Source: TPA_inf: Saccharomyces
Lineage: Eukaryota
Reading direction: 5' to 3'
NCBI GenBank assembly: GCA_000146045.2
Contig: BK006947.3
Location: forward strand, 1-64,000
Length of the DNA stretch: 64,000 nt
Shown here: piece by piece, positions 11,452 to 23,750 of the stretch
How the letters are laid out: each line of letters opens with the position of its first letter
How positions within the stretch are numbered: position 1 is the stretch's first letter
Notes under the pieces: generated by a model
Told to the model about the DNA's origin: nothing
What the model saw: only the letters and a program-made list of their open reading frames with translations
Databases searched by the model: none
Program-made: the position numbers and the translations under genes

Positions 11452-12129
11452 ATGTCACAGTACGGATTTGTAAGAGTTCCTAGAGAGGTAGAAAAGGCCA
11501 TTCCAGTGGTGAATGCACCTAGACCACGGGCCGTTGTTCCGCCTCCAAACAGTGAAACTGCTAGGCTTGTTCGGGAATATGCCGCTAAAGAATTGACTGC
11601 CCCCGTTCTAAACCACTCTTTGCGTGTTTTTCAATATAGTGTAGCTATCATAAGAGACCAATTTCCAGCATGGGACTTGGATCAGGAAGTTTTGTACGTC
11701 ACCTGCTTACTTCATGATATTGCAACAACAGATAAGAATATGAGAGCCACGAAGATGTCATTTGAGTATTATGGTGGCATACTTTCAAGGGAGCTTGTAT
11801 TTAATGCGACAGGTGGAAATCAGGACTACGCAGATGCAGTAACTGAGGCCATCATTCGTCACCAGGATTTGACTGGGACTGGCTACATTACCACCTTGGG
11901 GCTCATTCTGCAGATTGCTACTACGCTTGACAATGTCGGATCCAATACCGATCTGATTCATATCGATACAGTTAGTGCCATTAACGAGCAATTTCCAAGA
12001 CTGCACTGGTTATCATGTTTTGCTACGGTGGTGGACACTGAAAACTCGAGAAAACCGTGGGGCCACACCAGTTCTTTGGGTGATGATTTTTCAAAGAAAG
12101 TCATATGCAATACATTTGGGTATAACTAA
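11452..12129 (+). CDS. DDI3: Cyanamide hydratase (HD domain) DDI3 (YNL335W), 225 aa
   Basis: ATG at 11452 (MSQYGFVRVPREVEK...). The track ORF starts 30 nt upstream at a TTG. It is near-identical to paralog DDI2 on chromosome VI. Confidence 0.9.
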   Translation: MSQYGFVRVPREVEKAIPVVNAPRPRAVVPPPNSETARLVREYAAKELTAPVLNHSLRVFQYSVAIIRDQFPAWDLDQEVLYVTCLLHDIATTDKNMRATKMSFEYYGGILSRELVFNATGGNQDYADAVTEAIIRHQDLTGTGYITTLGLILQIATTLDNVGSNTDLIHIDTVSAINEQFPRLHWLSCFATVVDTENSRKPWGHTSSLGDDFSKKVICNTFGYN

Positions 12130-12207
12130 ATAGGTAAGTTTCAATGAGGCGAGTTCAGAATGAACAGTGATGATCTCCTTTCTCCATAACTATACTATAC
12201 GTCCCTT

Positions 12208-12876
12208 TTATTTACTGTAGTTTTTAAGAACAAATTCTCTGATGAACCAGTCGTGAAACCGTATATCGTTTTCTGCCAATTCCGGATGAAATGATGTCGC
12301 AAGAATATTGTTTTTTTGCTTAGCGGCAACAATTAGTTCTTGACCACCATTATCCTTCCCATCTAATTTGTACAGGACCTGCACATGTTCAGGATCCAGC
12401 ACCTCTTCTATTACTGGGGCTCTTATAAAAGTAGCAGGAAAATCATTGCAGTGAGGAATAAAGTTTGAAAAGTCGCAAATCCGGGTAGAAGACTGAGCTT
12501 GTCTCCCAAATGCATTTCTTTTTACTTTAACCTTTAGTAAATTCAGCGTCTTGACCAGTTTTTCTTCGTTAGATAATTGTTGTGAAATATAAATCATACC
12601 TGCACAAGTACCCCAGGTTACCTTGCTTGGGTTGTGTACGAATGCGTAGAGATCGTCGTAAAATCCTGTTCTTTCTGCAATAAGGGACATTGCAGTCGAC
12701 TCTCCCCCAGGTATGATCAATGCATCACATTGAGCTAGTTGATTTTTATCCTTCACTGTCATCACAGATAGTTTTTTTTCATAGAAATCCCTGTTTTCGA
12801 CGATGCATTTTTCTACGTGTCGCACATGTTCAATGAACGCACCCTGTAATGCCAAGACTCCGATAACGACGGTCAT
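12208..12876 (-). CDS. SNO2: PLP synthase glutaminase subunit (PdxT/SNO family) SNO2 (YNL334C), 222 aa
   Basis: ATG at 12876 (MTVVIGVLALQGAFIEH...). The protein has a class I glutamine amidotransferase motif (GTCAG) and is divergent from SNZ2. Confidence 0.9.
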   Translation of the reverse strand: MTVVIGVLALQGAFIEHVRHVEKCIVENRDFYEKKLSVMTVKDKNQLAQCDALIIPGGESTAMSLIAERTGFYDDLYAFVHNPSKVTWGTCAGMIYISQQLSNEEKLVKTLNLLKVKVKRNAFGRQAQSSTRICDFSNFIPHCNDFPATFIRAPVIEEVLDPEHVQVLYKLDGKDNGGQELIVAAKQKNNILATSFHPELAENDIRFHDWFIREFVLKNYSK

Positions 12877-13266
12877 TTTTGAGATATTACTCTTGTCTTG
12901 GCCCCAGCAACCGGGGTCATGGTAAGTGTGCTTGCTACTCAAACAGAAAAAAATGGGCTTTTATCAATGAATAACTTTTTTTTTTTGTAGCTGAATGATG
13001 AAAGATGGCTCAACTATTCTTACAGTTTCCAATAAAGTGACGCGCCGCCCAATGGCATAACAGTAGTAGGCACATTATATCGTTTGAATGGCAAAATGTT
13101 GTGGCAAGGAAAGATCAGAATTATTTGTTCATGTGGAATGAATTTCACACACACACACACACATATATAAAACTAGTATGTTTCTCCACCATAGTCACAT
13201 TATTATTCGACCCTTCTAGGAAAGGAACTATAATAGAAAAATAAGTATATCGTAAAAAAGACAAAA
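12877..13266. promoter_or_regulatory. Shared bidirectional SNO2/SNZ2 promoter
   Basis: A 390-bp divergent intergenic region containing a T-run (12974-12985), a (CA)8 microsatellite (13147-13162) and a TATA (atatataaaa, ~13163). Confidence 0.6.
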
Positions 13267-14163
13267 ATGTCAGAATTCAAGGTTAAAACTGGGCTTGCCC
13301 AAATGTTAAAGGGCGGTGTGATTATGGACGTCGTCACACCTGAACAGGCTATTATCGCAGAAAGAGCGGGCGCTTGTGCTGTAATGGCATTGGAACGCAT
13401 TCCAGCTGACATGCGCAAGTCTGGCCAAGTATGCCGTATGTCAGATCCTCGCATGATCAAAGAAATTATGGAAGCTGTTTCAATTCCGGTGATGGCAAAG
13501 GTCCGTATTGGACACTTCGTGGAGGCACAGATCCTGGAAGAGCTGCAAGTAGACTACATTGACGAAAGCGAGGTTTTGACTCCAGCTGATTGGACACATC
13601 ACATTGAGAAGCATAACTTCAAGGTGCCATTTGTTTGCGGTGCCAAGGATCTAGGTGAGGCTTTGAGAAGAATAAACGAAGGTGCTGCAATGATCCGTAC
13701 CAAAGGTGAAGCAGGTACCGGTGACGTTTCCGAGGCCGTCAAGCACATCACCAAGATTAAGGCGGAGATCCAGCAGTATAAAGAGAATTTGAAGACCGAA
13801 TCCGATTTTGCAGCTAAGGCCACAGAATTACGCGTCCCTGTCGACTTGCTGAAGACAACACTATCAGAGGGAAAGCTACCTGTAGTCAATTTTGCTGCTG
13901 GTGGAGTTGCTACTCCAGCAGACGCTGCTCTATTGATGCAATTGGGTTGTGAAGGTGTTTTCGTCGGTTCAGGTATATTCAAATCGTCAGATCCTGAGAA
14001 GTTAGCATGTGCTATTGTTGAAGCCACGACTCACTACGATAATCCAGCAAAACTGTTGCAAATTTCCAGCGATTTGGGTGACTTGATGGGTGGTATTTCC
14101 ATCCAATCAATTAATGAAGCAGGAGGCAAAAACGGTGCAAGACTTTCTGAAATCGGATGGTAG
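13267..14163 (+). CDS. SNZ2: PLP synthase subunit (PdxS/SNZ family) SNZ2 (YNL333W), 298 aa
   Basis: [28 protein letters not shown]..., a TIM-barrel PdxS. The paralog assignment (SNZ2 rather than SNZ3) comes from the chromosome XIV flanking genes. Confidence 0.9.
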   Translation: MSEFKVKTGLAQMLKGGVIMDVVTPEQAIIAERAGACAVMALERIPADMRKSGQVCRMSDPRMIKEIMEAVSIPVMAKVRIGHFVEAQILEELQVDYIDESEVLTPADWTHHIEKHNFKVPFVCGAKDLGEALRRINEGAAMIRTKGEAGTGDVSEAVKHITKIKAEIQQYKENLKTESDFAAKATELRVPVDLLKTTLSEGKLPVVNFAAGGVATPADAALLMQLGCEGVFVGSGIFKSSDPEKLACAIVEATTHYDNPAKLLQISSDLGDLMGGISIQSINEAGGKNGARLSEIGW

Positions 14164-14831
14164 AACTAGCGATGCTCACACAACGCTAATTTGTTTCCTT
14201 CGAAGGGGCAGTCGGCTATTGTAGTTTCTATATATTATGTAGCACAACATGGAAACCATATTCAGCCAGTTTGTATATATGAGAATTAAACGTTAAAACT
14301 TTTTCATCCTATCAGTCTTACACATTGGCCTTGCTAAAGGGCACAATCGTTCACGTATATACATATGTATGTTTACGTATATATATATGTGTTTACAAAT
14401 ATGCATGTATATTCTTTTCGAGGAAGATTATTATATGCTATTAGGCGATGAGTCGGCTTAATTTTTTAGGGGGACGAGATTGGCGCGTTAGTGCATAAAG
14501 ACAGCAAATCACCTGGAGGTGACAACATTAATGCATTTATCGGTTTTTGGCTATGATGCAATGAGTACAGTTCCAATTGAACGGCTCATGAACTATGAAA
14601 TATACGAATTATTCAACTAGCAGAAGGCTTGAAATATTACTTATTCAGATTATGAAAATGGTGCTGTTATAGCAAAATAAGCAACATCAATCTCTTGCGA
14701 CGACAGCAAACAAAACATATAAAAACCTCGTATTATCATCTTCATGAACAATATTCTTGTCCATTCTTTCGTTCTTTTACCTTTTCAATTTTATAAAAAT
14801 ACCACAACAACAATAAACACACTTCCAAGCT

Positions 14832-15854
14832 ATGTCTACAGACAAGATCACATTTTTGTTGAACTGGCAACCAACCCCATACCATATTCCAATTTTCTTG
14901 GCTCAAACCAAAGGTTACTTCAAGGAGCAAGGTCTAGACATGGCCATCCTAGAACCAACCAATCCTTCCGATGTCACTGAGTTAATTGGATCTGGTAAGG
15001 TCGACATGGGTTTGAAAGCCATGATTCACACCTTGGCTGCCAAGGCCCGTGGTTTCCCAGTGACCTCTGTTGCCTCTTTGTTGGACGAACCATTTACCGG
15101 TGTCTTGTACTTAAAGGGCAGTGGTATCACTGAAGACTTCCAGTCCCTAAAGGGTAAGAAGATCGGTTACGTTGGTGAATTCGGTAAGATCCAAATCGAT
15201 GAATTGACCAAGCACTACGGTATGAAGCCAGAAGACTACACCGCAGTCAGATGTGGTATGAATGTCGCCAAGTACATCATCGAAGGTAAGATTGATGCTG
15301 GTATTGGTATCGAATGTATGCAACAAGTCGAATTGGAAGAGTACTTGGCTAAGCAAGGCAGACCAGCTTCTGATGCTAAGATGTTGAGAATTGACAAGTT
15401 GGCTTGCTTGGGTTGCTGTTGCTTCTGTACCGTTCTTTACATCTGCAACGATGAATTTTTGAAGAAGAACCCTGAAAAGGTCAGAAAGTTCTTGAAAGCC
15501 ATCAAGAAGGCAACCGACTACGTTCTAGCCGACCCTGTGAAGGCTTGGAAAGAATACATCGACTTCAAGCCTCGATTGAACAACGATCTATCTTACAAGC
15601 AATACCAAAGATGTTACGCTTACTTCTCTTCATCTTTGTACAATGTTCACCGTGACTGGAAGAAGGTTACCGGTTACGGTAAGAGATTAGCCATCTTGCC
15701 ACCAGACTATGTCTCGAACTACACTAATGAATACTTGTCCTGGCCAGAACCAGAAGAGGTTTCTGATCCTTTGGAAGCTCAAAGATTGATGGCTATTCAT
15801 CAAGAAAAATGCAGACAGGAAGGTACTTTCAAGAGATTGGCTCTTCCAGCTTAA
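14832..15854 (+). CDS. THI12: HMP-P synthase, THI5 family (THI12, YNL332W), 340 aa
   Basis: [25 protein letters not shown]..., including the CCCFC motif ([16 protein letters not shown]). It is near-identical to THI5/THI11/THI13. Confidence 0.9.
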   Translation: MSTDKITFLLNWQPTPYHIPIFLAQTKGYFKEQGLDMAILEPTNPSDVTELIGSGKVDMGLKAMIHTLAAKARGFPVTSVASLLDEPFTGVLYLKGSGITEDFQSLKGKKIGYVGEFGKIQIDELTKHYGMKPEDYTAVRCGMNVAKYIIEGKIDAGIGIECMQQVELEEYLAKQGRPASDAKMLRIDKLACLGCCCFCTVLYICNDEFLKKNPEKVRKFLKAIKKATDYVLADPVKAWKEYIDFKPRLNNDLSYKQYQRCYAYFSSSLYNVHRDWKKVTGYGKRLAILPPDYVSNYTNEYLSWPEPEEVSDPLEAQRLMAIHQEKCRQEGTFKRLALPA

Positions 15855-16117
15855 ACGTGCTTCGTCACTCGTTCAGCCCAGCCTTCCTCTACGACTTGTT
15901 TATGATTTCACATTAGCTGTTGTTTCCTACTCGATATATAGACATACATATTTACGTATCAGAGCATGTATACAAGCTTTAAATGAACTTCGTTTATCTT
16001 AACACTTTATTTCCTTGCAAAATTTGCACACACTCGGTGGATAAGGCAACTGCGTATAATTTGTAGCTTCTTTTCAAAATATAGTAGATGGATATTAACA
16101 TAAAATAATCACTTTAA

Positions 16118-17248
16118 CTAATTGTCAAAAGCTATCCTGGCAGACATCGATGTGAGGGGTGAAAGCTTCTTGGTTACCGCTGGGTCATCTCCTATTAAAC
16201 TTTTGGGAAAGCCAACATCAAAAGGAACAATACTTTCCAGGTATTCTATTTGTTCCGGTGTTAATTTAATACTCAAAGCCTCAATGTTCTGCTTGAGATG
16301 TTCAATTTTCCTTCCTCCAATCAATGGGAAAACATTTTTCGCTTTAGAGCGAACATAGGCAATAGCGATAGCAGTAACAGACTCTGTTCCATGTTCCTCA
16401 GCAATTTTAGTCAATGCTTCGCTGATTTTAACCTCCAATTCTGTTTGTTCGGGGCCACCCACAAAAGTACGCAGACCCTCTCCATTCTTCTTCCGTTCTT
16501 CCATTGCTTTTTTACTCTGAAATCTTCCACCTCCCATGACATCCCATGGGGCTAGAGCCATACCAAAATGCCTAGCCATTGGAATAATATCACGCTCAAA
16601 GTCCCTGTTCAATACATTCCATTTACCTTGATAGACGCTAAAAGGAGTTTTACCATGAGATGTAGCGTAGTAATTTGCCGCAGAAACAACCCAAGCAGGT
16701 GTATCAGATACTCCTAAATATAGGACCTTGCCCTGCTGAACTAAAATATGCAAACTATCCATAACTTCTTCGATTGAACTCATATAATCCCACCAGTGAA
16801 TGTAAAGTATATCAATCCAATCAGTTTGCAATTTGCGGAGAGAATCCCTCACACTCACATGTAAACTACGCTTGTGATTACCACAGTAGTTGGCACTTTT
16901 ACCACCACCTACTTCATACTTCTTATAATCTCCGGTAAACTTGGTGGCAATTACAATCTGGTCACGCAGTTTTCTTGATGCCATCCATTCACCTATCCAA
17001 ATCTCTGACTCTTCATTTTGGTAACTGTTTGCAGTATCAATACAATTACCTCCAGCTTCATAAAAAGCATCAAGAAGTTCAAAGGCCTGTTCCTTATTCA
17101 TAGAGCCCATAAAGCCTGACCATGCGTCGCCGATTGAAGCTCCTCCCAGAATTAGCGGTGAAACCCTTATGCCGGCAGTTTTAGAAAGAACCCTGAGACG
17201 TCCCAATTCGGTAGGTGGTTCAGGTAGAGGTTTAAACAAGTCAGTCAT
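16118..17248 (-). CDS. AAD14: Putative aryl-alcohol dehydrogenase (aldo-keto reductase) AAD14 (YNL331C), 376 aa
   Basis: ATG at 17248 ([21 protein letters not shown]...). The track ORF begins 24 nt upstream. Confidence 0.9.
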   Translation of the reverse strand: MTDLFKPLPEPPTELGRLRVLSKTAGIRVSPLILGGASIGDAWSGFMGSMNKEQAFELLDAFYEAGGNCIDTANSYQNEESEIWIGEWMASRKLRDQIVIATKFTGDYKKYEVGGGKSANYCGNHKRSLHVSVRDSLRKLQTDWIDILYIHWWDYMSSIEEVMDSLHILVQQGKVLYLGVSDTPAWVVSAANYYATSHGKTPFSVYQGKWNVLNRDFERDIIPMARHFGMALAPWDVMGGGRFQSKKAMEERKKNGEGLRTFVGGPEQTELEVKISEALTKIAEEHGTESVTAIAIAYVRSKAKNVFPLIGGRKIEHLKQNIEALSIKLTPEQIEYLESIVPFDVGFPKSLIGDDPAVTKKLSPLTSMSARIAFDN

Positions 17249-18000
17249 GCTGAATAGTGGTTTTTTATGCAATAGACAATATGTTAAGTAAAATACAAAG
17301 CCGTTCAGCTAATTGGTTAGCTAGTTAATGAAGAGAAGAACAGCATGCATCCTTGACTTGGAAATATTGTCATACTTAAATATGGTTGGAAATTTTGCCC
17401 CCCGGTTTCCTTGAATACGAACAATGCAACTTATTTGAGTCTTCGTACGAGATCTGCTTACTGGTTTTGTACAGCGCTGAAAGCGAATTTGAAAATATAT
17501 GCAATTAGAAGAGAGTGAATCAGATGAGGATAGGGTTAATACTGTAAAATTATTACCAAATATTGAATGACATATAAAAGTCGTAGTAACCGAATTTGTT
17601 TTTTATTATGAATAAAGACTTCTTGTTTTCGCATACTTCGATGATTTAAGAAATTAAAAGTCATTTACCCAGGCGTGATTATAAATTATATTGGCACCGC
17701 TTTATCAACAGCGGTGGGACGAGACGTTTAGATAGTAATTACAATAGAAATACAACTGTTTCAATATTAAAATATCTCTAGTATGTAAATAACACATATA
17801 GGCAATTTTCTTCGAAACGTATGGGACGCGGTTGATGTATGAACGGAACGCATCAATTAAAGGTTTGAGAAAAGTCTTTTGCAAAAAAATTGAGTTTGCA
17901 CTTCTCATACACAATTGGATAGCGTCTTAAGTGCCTTTTATTCACTTTTCTTCTTTTGTTTCACATTATTTATATTCGTATATACTTCCAACTCTTTTTT

Positions 18001-19302
18001 TCAATAGAATTCATTGTCATGCTCAACATGTAGGTCCCTCGCATATTGCGAACCACCCTTCGTATCTTTAGCCTCGGCAGAATCTTCTTCAACATCACCC
18101 AAATCTTCGGCATCCCTAGGTGTGTGATTCAACTGAACACTAGGGGCATACTTTGTGTTTTCCAAATTAGCAAATATATTGGTCATTACCTTGTCAAGAT
18201 ATTCGGGAGTATTTACATTGAACATATTCGAAGGTCTAACACTTAACTTATAATCTGGACCGTAATATTCGTAATATTCATTGTACGGTAAATCTTTATC
18301 CAAGACAACGTTATTTAGTAGACCTGTTTCAAAGCACCATGTCCTTGCAACATTTCTCATAGTATAGCCTCCTCCACCAACAACCATCATTGGGATCCCA
18401 AAGGATTTCACATAGTTTACACAATTAGCATGGCCTTCCATGGAAAGATTAAAGCAACCAAGACGATCGCCGGACAAGGAGTCCCCACCACACTGTAACA
18501 CGACAGCAGAAGGTTGATACCATTCCATAATTTTTTTTATCACAGGTTCAAACACAGATCTATACGTAGCATCGTCAATACCGTCTCTTAATGGCACATT
18601 GACCGCGTAGTTTTTTCCTGCACCCACCCCTATATCTCTCAGTTCACCTGTGCCAGGGAAAAACTCACCATATTTGTGGAAAGAACATGTCATGACACGA
18701 TCCGTTGTATAAAACGCTTCCTCTACACCATCACCATGGTGCACATCAATATCAATATACAGAACTCTGGGGTGGTATCGTAGTAGCTCAATAATGCCCA
18801 GTACTATGTCATTTAAATAACAAAACCCAGAAGCTTCCGATTTTTTTGCATGATGCAAACCACCCGCATAGTTGACAGCAACATCACATTTGCCTCTATT
18901 CAGACGAGCAGCTCCTTCCATAGAGCCACCACCAGATATGCTACAGTACTCATAGAGCCCATCAAAGACAGGACAATCATCTCCGACATTAAACTTGACA
19001 CTTTCTCTTTTAAACATTTCTAAATTATCTGGAGTAACCCTCGATAAAAAATCAATGTATTCATCAGTATGGAACTGACACATTTCTTGTTTCGTTGCCG
19101 GCTTAGCTCTGTAAATTTCCATCTTCTTGTACAAGCCATAATTCATAATAAGGGAATGTGCCATTCTTATTCTATGCGGCTTCATCGGGTGACCTGCTCC
19201 ATATGCATAGTTCCCAACGTCTGCATCGTAAAAATATGCAACGCGTCTTTTATCGCTTGGCTTGACCGTGATCGGATCAAAAGGTGTTGCTTCATATACC
19301 AT
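18001..19302 (-). CDS. RPD3: Class I histone deacetylase RPD3 (YNL330C), 433 aa
   Basis: ATG at 19302 ([26 protein letters not shown]...). The track ORF starts at a GTG at 19308. Confidence 0.95.
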   Translation of the reverse strand: MVYEATPFDPITVKPSDKRRVAYFYDADVGNYAYGAGHPMKPHRIRMAHSLIMNYGLYKKMEIYRAKPATKQEMCQFHTDEYIDFLSRVTPDNLEMFKRESVKFNVGDDCPVFDGLYEYCSISGGGSMEGAARLNRGKCDVAVNYAGGLHHAKKSEASGFCYLNDIVLGIIELLRYHPRVLYIDIDVHHGDGVEEAFYTTDRVMTCSFHKYGEFFPGTGELRDIGVGAGKNYAVNVPLRDGIDDATYRSVFEPVIKKIMEWYQPSAVVLQCGGDSLSGDRLGCFNLSMEGHANCVNYVKSFGIPMMVVGGGGYTMRNVARTWCFETGLLNNVVLDKDLPYNEYYEYYGPDYKLSVRPSNMFNVNTPEYLDKVMTNIFANLENTKYAPSVQLNHTPRDAEDLGDVEEDSAEAKDTKGGSQYARDLHVEHDNEFY

Positions 19303-19540
19303 CTGCACGGATATCGAGTTGTAGCCACGAATGTTTTGTATGGCGCAATTGTTTTATGAACCTTTATGGTTATTACTTCAAATTTTTATTATGTATAATC
19401 AACTACTAGTATCTTTTCTGTTTTTCCCTTTCGATAGATACTATGAGCCGGGGAGGGTAAGTAAATAAAAAGATAAATTTCAAGGCAAAATATGGGACAT
19501 ATATTTACAAATTTACCTATACGCTCTGAGTTGATATTAC

Positions 19541-22500
19541 TTAAGCACCTTCAAAATTAGCTCTCACCGCTTCATAATGATTCAGTTCAGCCCGCGACAC
19601 ACTTGGGGTGAGCTGCTCTTGTGCTTTCAAGAAGTCTTCCATTTTTACGACAACCTTAGTATCCTCTTTTGTCGCAATCTTATCAAACCAGCGACGTGTA
19701 GAAATATTCTCTCCCGTCAATTCGTTATGCTGAGAAACTTTTTTTTCTACCATGCGTGCAATTCTTGACATGGCGTTAAGCATTGCATCTGAGCAGAGAG
19801 CATAAAAATCTGCCCCGGTGTAATTAAATGGACATAGCTTTGCCAACTCAATAAGCTTTACGTCGTTGTCGAGCACGAATTTGCGAGTCAGAGCCTCTAA
19901 AATATTCAATTGTTTGGTATCCGTATCCGGAATGCCTAAATATAACAATTTATCGAATCGTCCTGGTCTTAGTAGTGCTTCGTCCAATAAGTCTGGTCTG
20001 TTTGTTGCTCCGATAACAAATACACCGTCAGCGTCGGTACTCATACCATCTAACTCTGCTAGTAACTGTGAAACGATACGATCCATAACACCACCCGAAT
20101 CACCTTGATTACCACGTTTGGGTGCTACTGAATCGATTTCATCGAAAAATATGACACAAGGTTTAGCCTCTCTCGCCTTTTGAAACACTCTGCGCACATT
20201 AGCTTCACTCTCACCAATGTACATATTCAACAGTTCAGGGCCTTTAACACTAAAAAAATTTAAAGAAAAATTTGTTGCAATGGCCTTAGCCATTAGAGTT
20301 TTACCTGTACCCGGTGGACCATAAAAAAGAATACCGCTTCTCTTTTTCATACCTGAGGTAAATAATTCAGGATGTTTTAGCGGCATGTCTATTGTGTCCA
20401 ATATTTCACCTTTAACAAAATCAATACCACCTATATCATCCCAAGTTACGTTAGGGATTTGTGGGGCACCAATCGAAACCGAGAATTCGTTCCTAGCTTT
20501 CGAAGTAGCTTTTGATAAATCCTCCTGAGTGATCAAAATTGATTGCGGAAGCCATCCACACTTCTTTGATTCTTGGTAAAAACGCGCAGTAGCCGTCATT
20601 CGTGCCGTTTCCACAATTGATTTGATGTCTAAAGGAGTTAAACCAGCAGAATATGAAGAGAGTGATGAAAATGAAATATTATCCATGTAAGATACTGGAA
20701 CCTTTTGTTGAACATCTCTGTTTAGTTCATGTGAAGATAAGTACCACTGAAAGATACGCAGTCTCTGTGCTTCAGACGGAACGGGTACGAGAATCTCAAA
20801 TCTCATATGTGATCTAAAGCTGGAAGGCACGTTATCTATGTTATTTACGGAGCCAACAAATGTAGTTCCTGGGAATTTAAACGTAAAATCGTCCAGAAGT
20901 TTAGACATTTCGAAGTTTATAGATTTTTGTAATTTGATTGCCTCTGGATCTTGATTAGCGTTTACGTCAAGCAAAATTGAATCCAAATGAGCCAAAAAAA
21001 TCACAGCAGGTGATGCGTACGGTAGGACATTTTCACATTTAGCCCTAATGTAACCAATAATCTTAGATGTTGAATCCAGTTGTCTTGAATTTGAAGTGAG
21101 CGAAAGGCAATCTATCTCCAGTAGATGTATACCAAGATATTTTGAAGCAAATCTCACCATTGTAGCCTTGCCCACATTGTTTGTAGTGGAATGAAGTAAC
21201 ACAGAGGCATTTAGGGTGATTCCCCTTTGAGAACAATTGAAGGAAGTTTCTAATATGTTAACCAATTGTCTTACATAGGGGAAGATATGCAAATCATAGT
21301 AAAAAGTTTCAGCAAAACCGTAATATCTCTGAAGATTGGATCTACTCAAGGGTAATGGTCTTCTGTTAGTGATATTAGTTGTTATTAGCTTCGTCCGATT
21401 GGGATCAATAATAAAATGAGAATTATCTTTAGAGAAGCAATCGAGCTCTGCGCTTGTGACAAAGAACCATACAAGGGAATCGTTCTTGTAGTACTGCCCT
21501 AGCTCATCTTCGTCATCAGACTCATCATTTTCCTCTGCTATATTGAGATCAGCCATACTTGAATCAAAAGCGATTGGGATTAAATCATTTTGACAAAGAA
21601 TCCTTTTGCTCTCGCTAAAAAACTTTTTCAAGGTTGTTAGAATAATATTTTGAAAGCATTTCTGAGATTGAAGCCAGCCTCCAACTCTTGAGATGAAAAC
21701 TTGATTAGCAATGGGAATATCTGTATGGCCTATATTGGACTTTGATATTGTCACGACGCTGCAGTCTGGAAAGCTTGCTATTATTTTGGGAGGTGCGTAT
21801 ATTGTTCTTTTTTTAAAGCCGTTGGGGAGTAGTAAAACAAACAGCTTAACTAGCCTGACGCAACCCATATTTGACACTGTTATAAACGATCCACTTGTGA
21901 CATCCAGGCGCAGTAGAGTTTCAGCGTCTGTAAAGGCATATATTGAATTATCATCATTGATGTGAGGTGCAGGTCGCAAAAGATCTCTTGAAATTGTGCA
22001 GGGGAGAGATTCAAGATCAATTGATAAAGCAGAATTTGTCCCTATTTTAGGTAATGCATATTCTTCATCTTCGTTAGCATATTTTAGAGCACTTAGTTTC
22101 TGCTCAGTATCATTTACTAATATCAATTGGGTTTCTGTAAAATCAACAAGGCCCTGCGGGAAAGGTGAGCAGTTTAAAATTTGGCAAAGACCAGATGTTA
22201 AAATATCTCGAGAATGAACCACGGTTTCCATGGAGTTGATGTTATATTTGTAATGCAAAAATTGTATTTGTTGCATCTCTTGCGGTAGGTCCATTAGTTT
22301 TGAGTACAATTGTTCATTAATCAGAAACGTTACGCTATCCAGTACAGGTACTACATTGTCTAATATGGGTTCAAAATAGCAAAAATCCATAGTGGGCTGT
22401 GTCGGCATAAACCCAAAAAGTTTGGAAGGTACAACAATGCTACAGAAGGGCAGTGAATCATCCAGGACACAATGTACAATTTTACCAGGCGTGCAACCTG

Positions 22501-22633
22501 GACCGTACTGAGGCAATCTAATTGTCCCATATAAACATTCAGCTTTTTTATCGCCGTATTCGAGATATATATCCCTAGAAATGCTACAGGGGGCGTATAT
22601 TCCGGAGAGACTAAACGTAAGCGATGCCTTCAT
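19541..22633 (-). CDS. PEX6: Peroxisomal AAA-ATPase PEX6 (YNL329C), 1030 aa
   Basis: ATG at 22633 (MKASLTFSLSG...). It has two AAA cassettes with a Walker A GPPGTGKT. The track's 20-aa N-terminal extension starts at a GTG. Confidence 0.95.
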   Translation of the reverse strand: MKASLTFSLSGIYAPCSISRDIYLEYGDKKAECLYGTIRLPQYGPGCTPGKIVHCVLDDSLPFCSIVVPSKLFGFMPTQPTMDFCYFEPILDNVVPVLDSVTFLINEQLYSKLMDLPQEMQQIQFLHYKYNINSMETVVHSRDILTSGLCQILNCSPFPQGLVDFTETQLILVNDTEQKLSALKYANEDEEYALPKIGTNSALSIDLESLPCTISRDLLRPAPHINDDNSIYAFTDAETLLRLDVTSGSFITVSNMGCVRLVKLFVLLLPNGFKKRTIYAPPKIIASFPDCSVVTISKSNIGHTDIPIANQVFISRVGGWLQSQKCFQNIILTTLKKFFSESKRILCQNDLIPIAFDSSMADLNIAEENDESDDEDELGQYYKNDSLVWFFVTSAELDCFSKDNSHFIIDPNRTKLITTNITNRRPLPLSRSNLQRYYGFAETFYYDLHIFPYVRQLVNILETSFNCSQRGITLNASVLLHSTTNNVGKATMVRFASKYLGIHLLEIDCLSLTSNSRQLDSTSKIIGYIRAKCENVLPYASPAVIFLAHLDSILLDVNANQDPEAIKLQKSINFEMSKLLDDFTFKFPGTTFVGSVNNIDNVPSSFRSHMRFEILVPVPSEAQRLRIFQWYLSSHELNRDVQQKVPVSYMDNISFSSLSSYSAGLTPLDIKSIVETARMTATARFYQESKKCGWLPQSILITQEDLSKATSKARNEFSVSIGAPQIPNVTWDDIGGIDFVKGEILDTIDMPLKHPELFTSGMKKRSGILFYGPPGTGKTLMAKAIATNFSLNFFSVKGPELLNMYIGESEANVRRVFQKAREAKPCVIFFDEIDSVAPKRGNQGDSGGVMDRIVSQLLAELDGMSTDADGVFVIGATNRPDLLDEALLRPGRFDKLLYLGIPDTDTKQLNILEALTRKFVLDNDVKLIELAKLCPFNYTGADFYALCSDAMLNAMSRIARMVEKKVSQHNELTGENISTRRWFDKIATKEDTKVVVKMEDFLKAQEQLTPSVSRAELNHYEAVRANFEGA

Positions 22634-22833
22634 ATTAATGTTACTATAATCGCTTTCTTTTGGAGGGTATGCAAACACATATATGCTCTCCACTACTGTT
22701 CTTTGTTCTAATTCTAATGACTTGTTTGAAAGTCTCCGATGGCCGCACTTTCCCGGAAGTGTTGACGATTATCGCCGTATACTATGTGGTGTAAGGAAGT
22801 GTAGCAATTGGCTACATGATATATAAAGTTCTT

Positions 22834-23274
22834 TTATCTCTTTCTTAGTAAAACACTTCTTTCGAGAACTTCTTTCGCCTCATTTATCTTGGCCGCCATG
22901 TAGGGACTCCCTCCTCTGTCTGGGTGGTTACGAACCATAGCCTTCCTGTGCTTTTTTTTCAGTAATTTTTCATCCAAGTGATTAATCTCTCTGGCGGAGA
23001 TATCCAAGATGAGCAAGGCTTCGGGCTCTGTCATTCGCGGTGCAAAGCCTCCCTGGTACTGGTTTAATCTATTTTTCAGTTCTTCGTCTATCAGTGAGCT
23101 TTTGAACTTAAGTGCATCGCGGTAGCCCGCCGTCGGGTTTTCTATGCGAATGTTATTTAGTTTTGCAATAGTTAAAGGGGACAGGGTCTTGTAGACGGTC
23201 CATGCATTGAGACCAGACTTGACACTTAGAGCAACCATTGTCACGCCCAAACCAATTATTATAGGCAAAACCAT
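22834..23274 (-). CDS. MDJ2: Mitochondrial J-protein MDJ2 (YNL328C), 146 aa
   Basis: MVLPIIIGLGVTMVALSV... with an N-terminal TM segment, a C-terminal J-domain fragment and HPD (NHPDRGGS). Confidence 0.9.
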   Translation of the reverse strand: MVLPIIIGLGVTMVALSVKSGLNAWTVYKTLSPLTIAKLNNIRIENPTAGYRDALKFKSSLIDEELKNRLNQYQGGFAPRMTEPEALLILDISAREINHLDEKLLKKKHRKAMVRNHPDRGGSPYMAAKINEAKEVLERSVLLRKR

Positions 23275-23662
23275 GCTGGAATATCCTATTCTTTGTGGCT
23301 ATACTGTGTATTGAGTGGATCCTAGCAACGAATTCGTTTGTTGTTATTTTTTTCTAGATTGTATCTCCGTTTCCGAAATTGTTATTCACAATGAGCGTTT
23401 ACCTCTTGCAATAACAATAATCAGAGAATAAGCTACAAGACGAAAAATGACGTTGAGCGTGGCAGTAATGCCATAACGAAGATCAATAGTGTATGGGATG
23501 TTGGATATGTCGTTTCCCTGCCAAAGAAAAAGAAACACAAAAAAGAAAAAGCAAAAAAAAACAGTGCTAAGGATTTGATATTAAACGAAGTCCCACCATG
23601 GAGGATCATATCCCAATAAATTTATGCATAGAATGGTACCATTCACAACTAATATAGCCTCT

Positions 23663-23750
23663 GCTGGTTCCTTTAGTAACCTCTTTAGTAACCTCTTTAG
23701 TGAAATGGTTCTTGCTGGCTCTATTATTTTCCTAATTCGGACGCGCTGGC
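23663..23750. promoter_or_regulatory. Cluster of three Ace2/Swi5-type sites (RCCAGC, on the opposite strand) in the EGT2 promoter
   Basis: gctggt at 23663-23668, and gctggc at 23714-23719 and 23745-23750. A tandem agtaacctcttt x2 lies adjacent at 23673-23700. Confidence 0.5.

Noticed and set aside
13599-14027. 142-aa minus-strand ORF inside SNZ2
   Set aside because: It is antisense to a highly conserved PdxS coding region and carries no independent signal.
22634-22693. 20-aa N-terminal extension of PEX6 in the ORF track (MESIYVFAYPP...)
   Set aside because: The track's initiator is a GTG (22693-22691). The first ATG is at 22633, giving the known 1030-aa protein.
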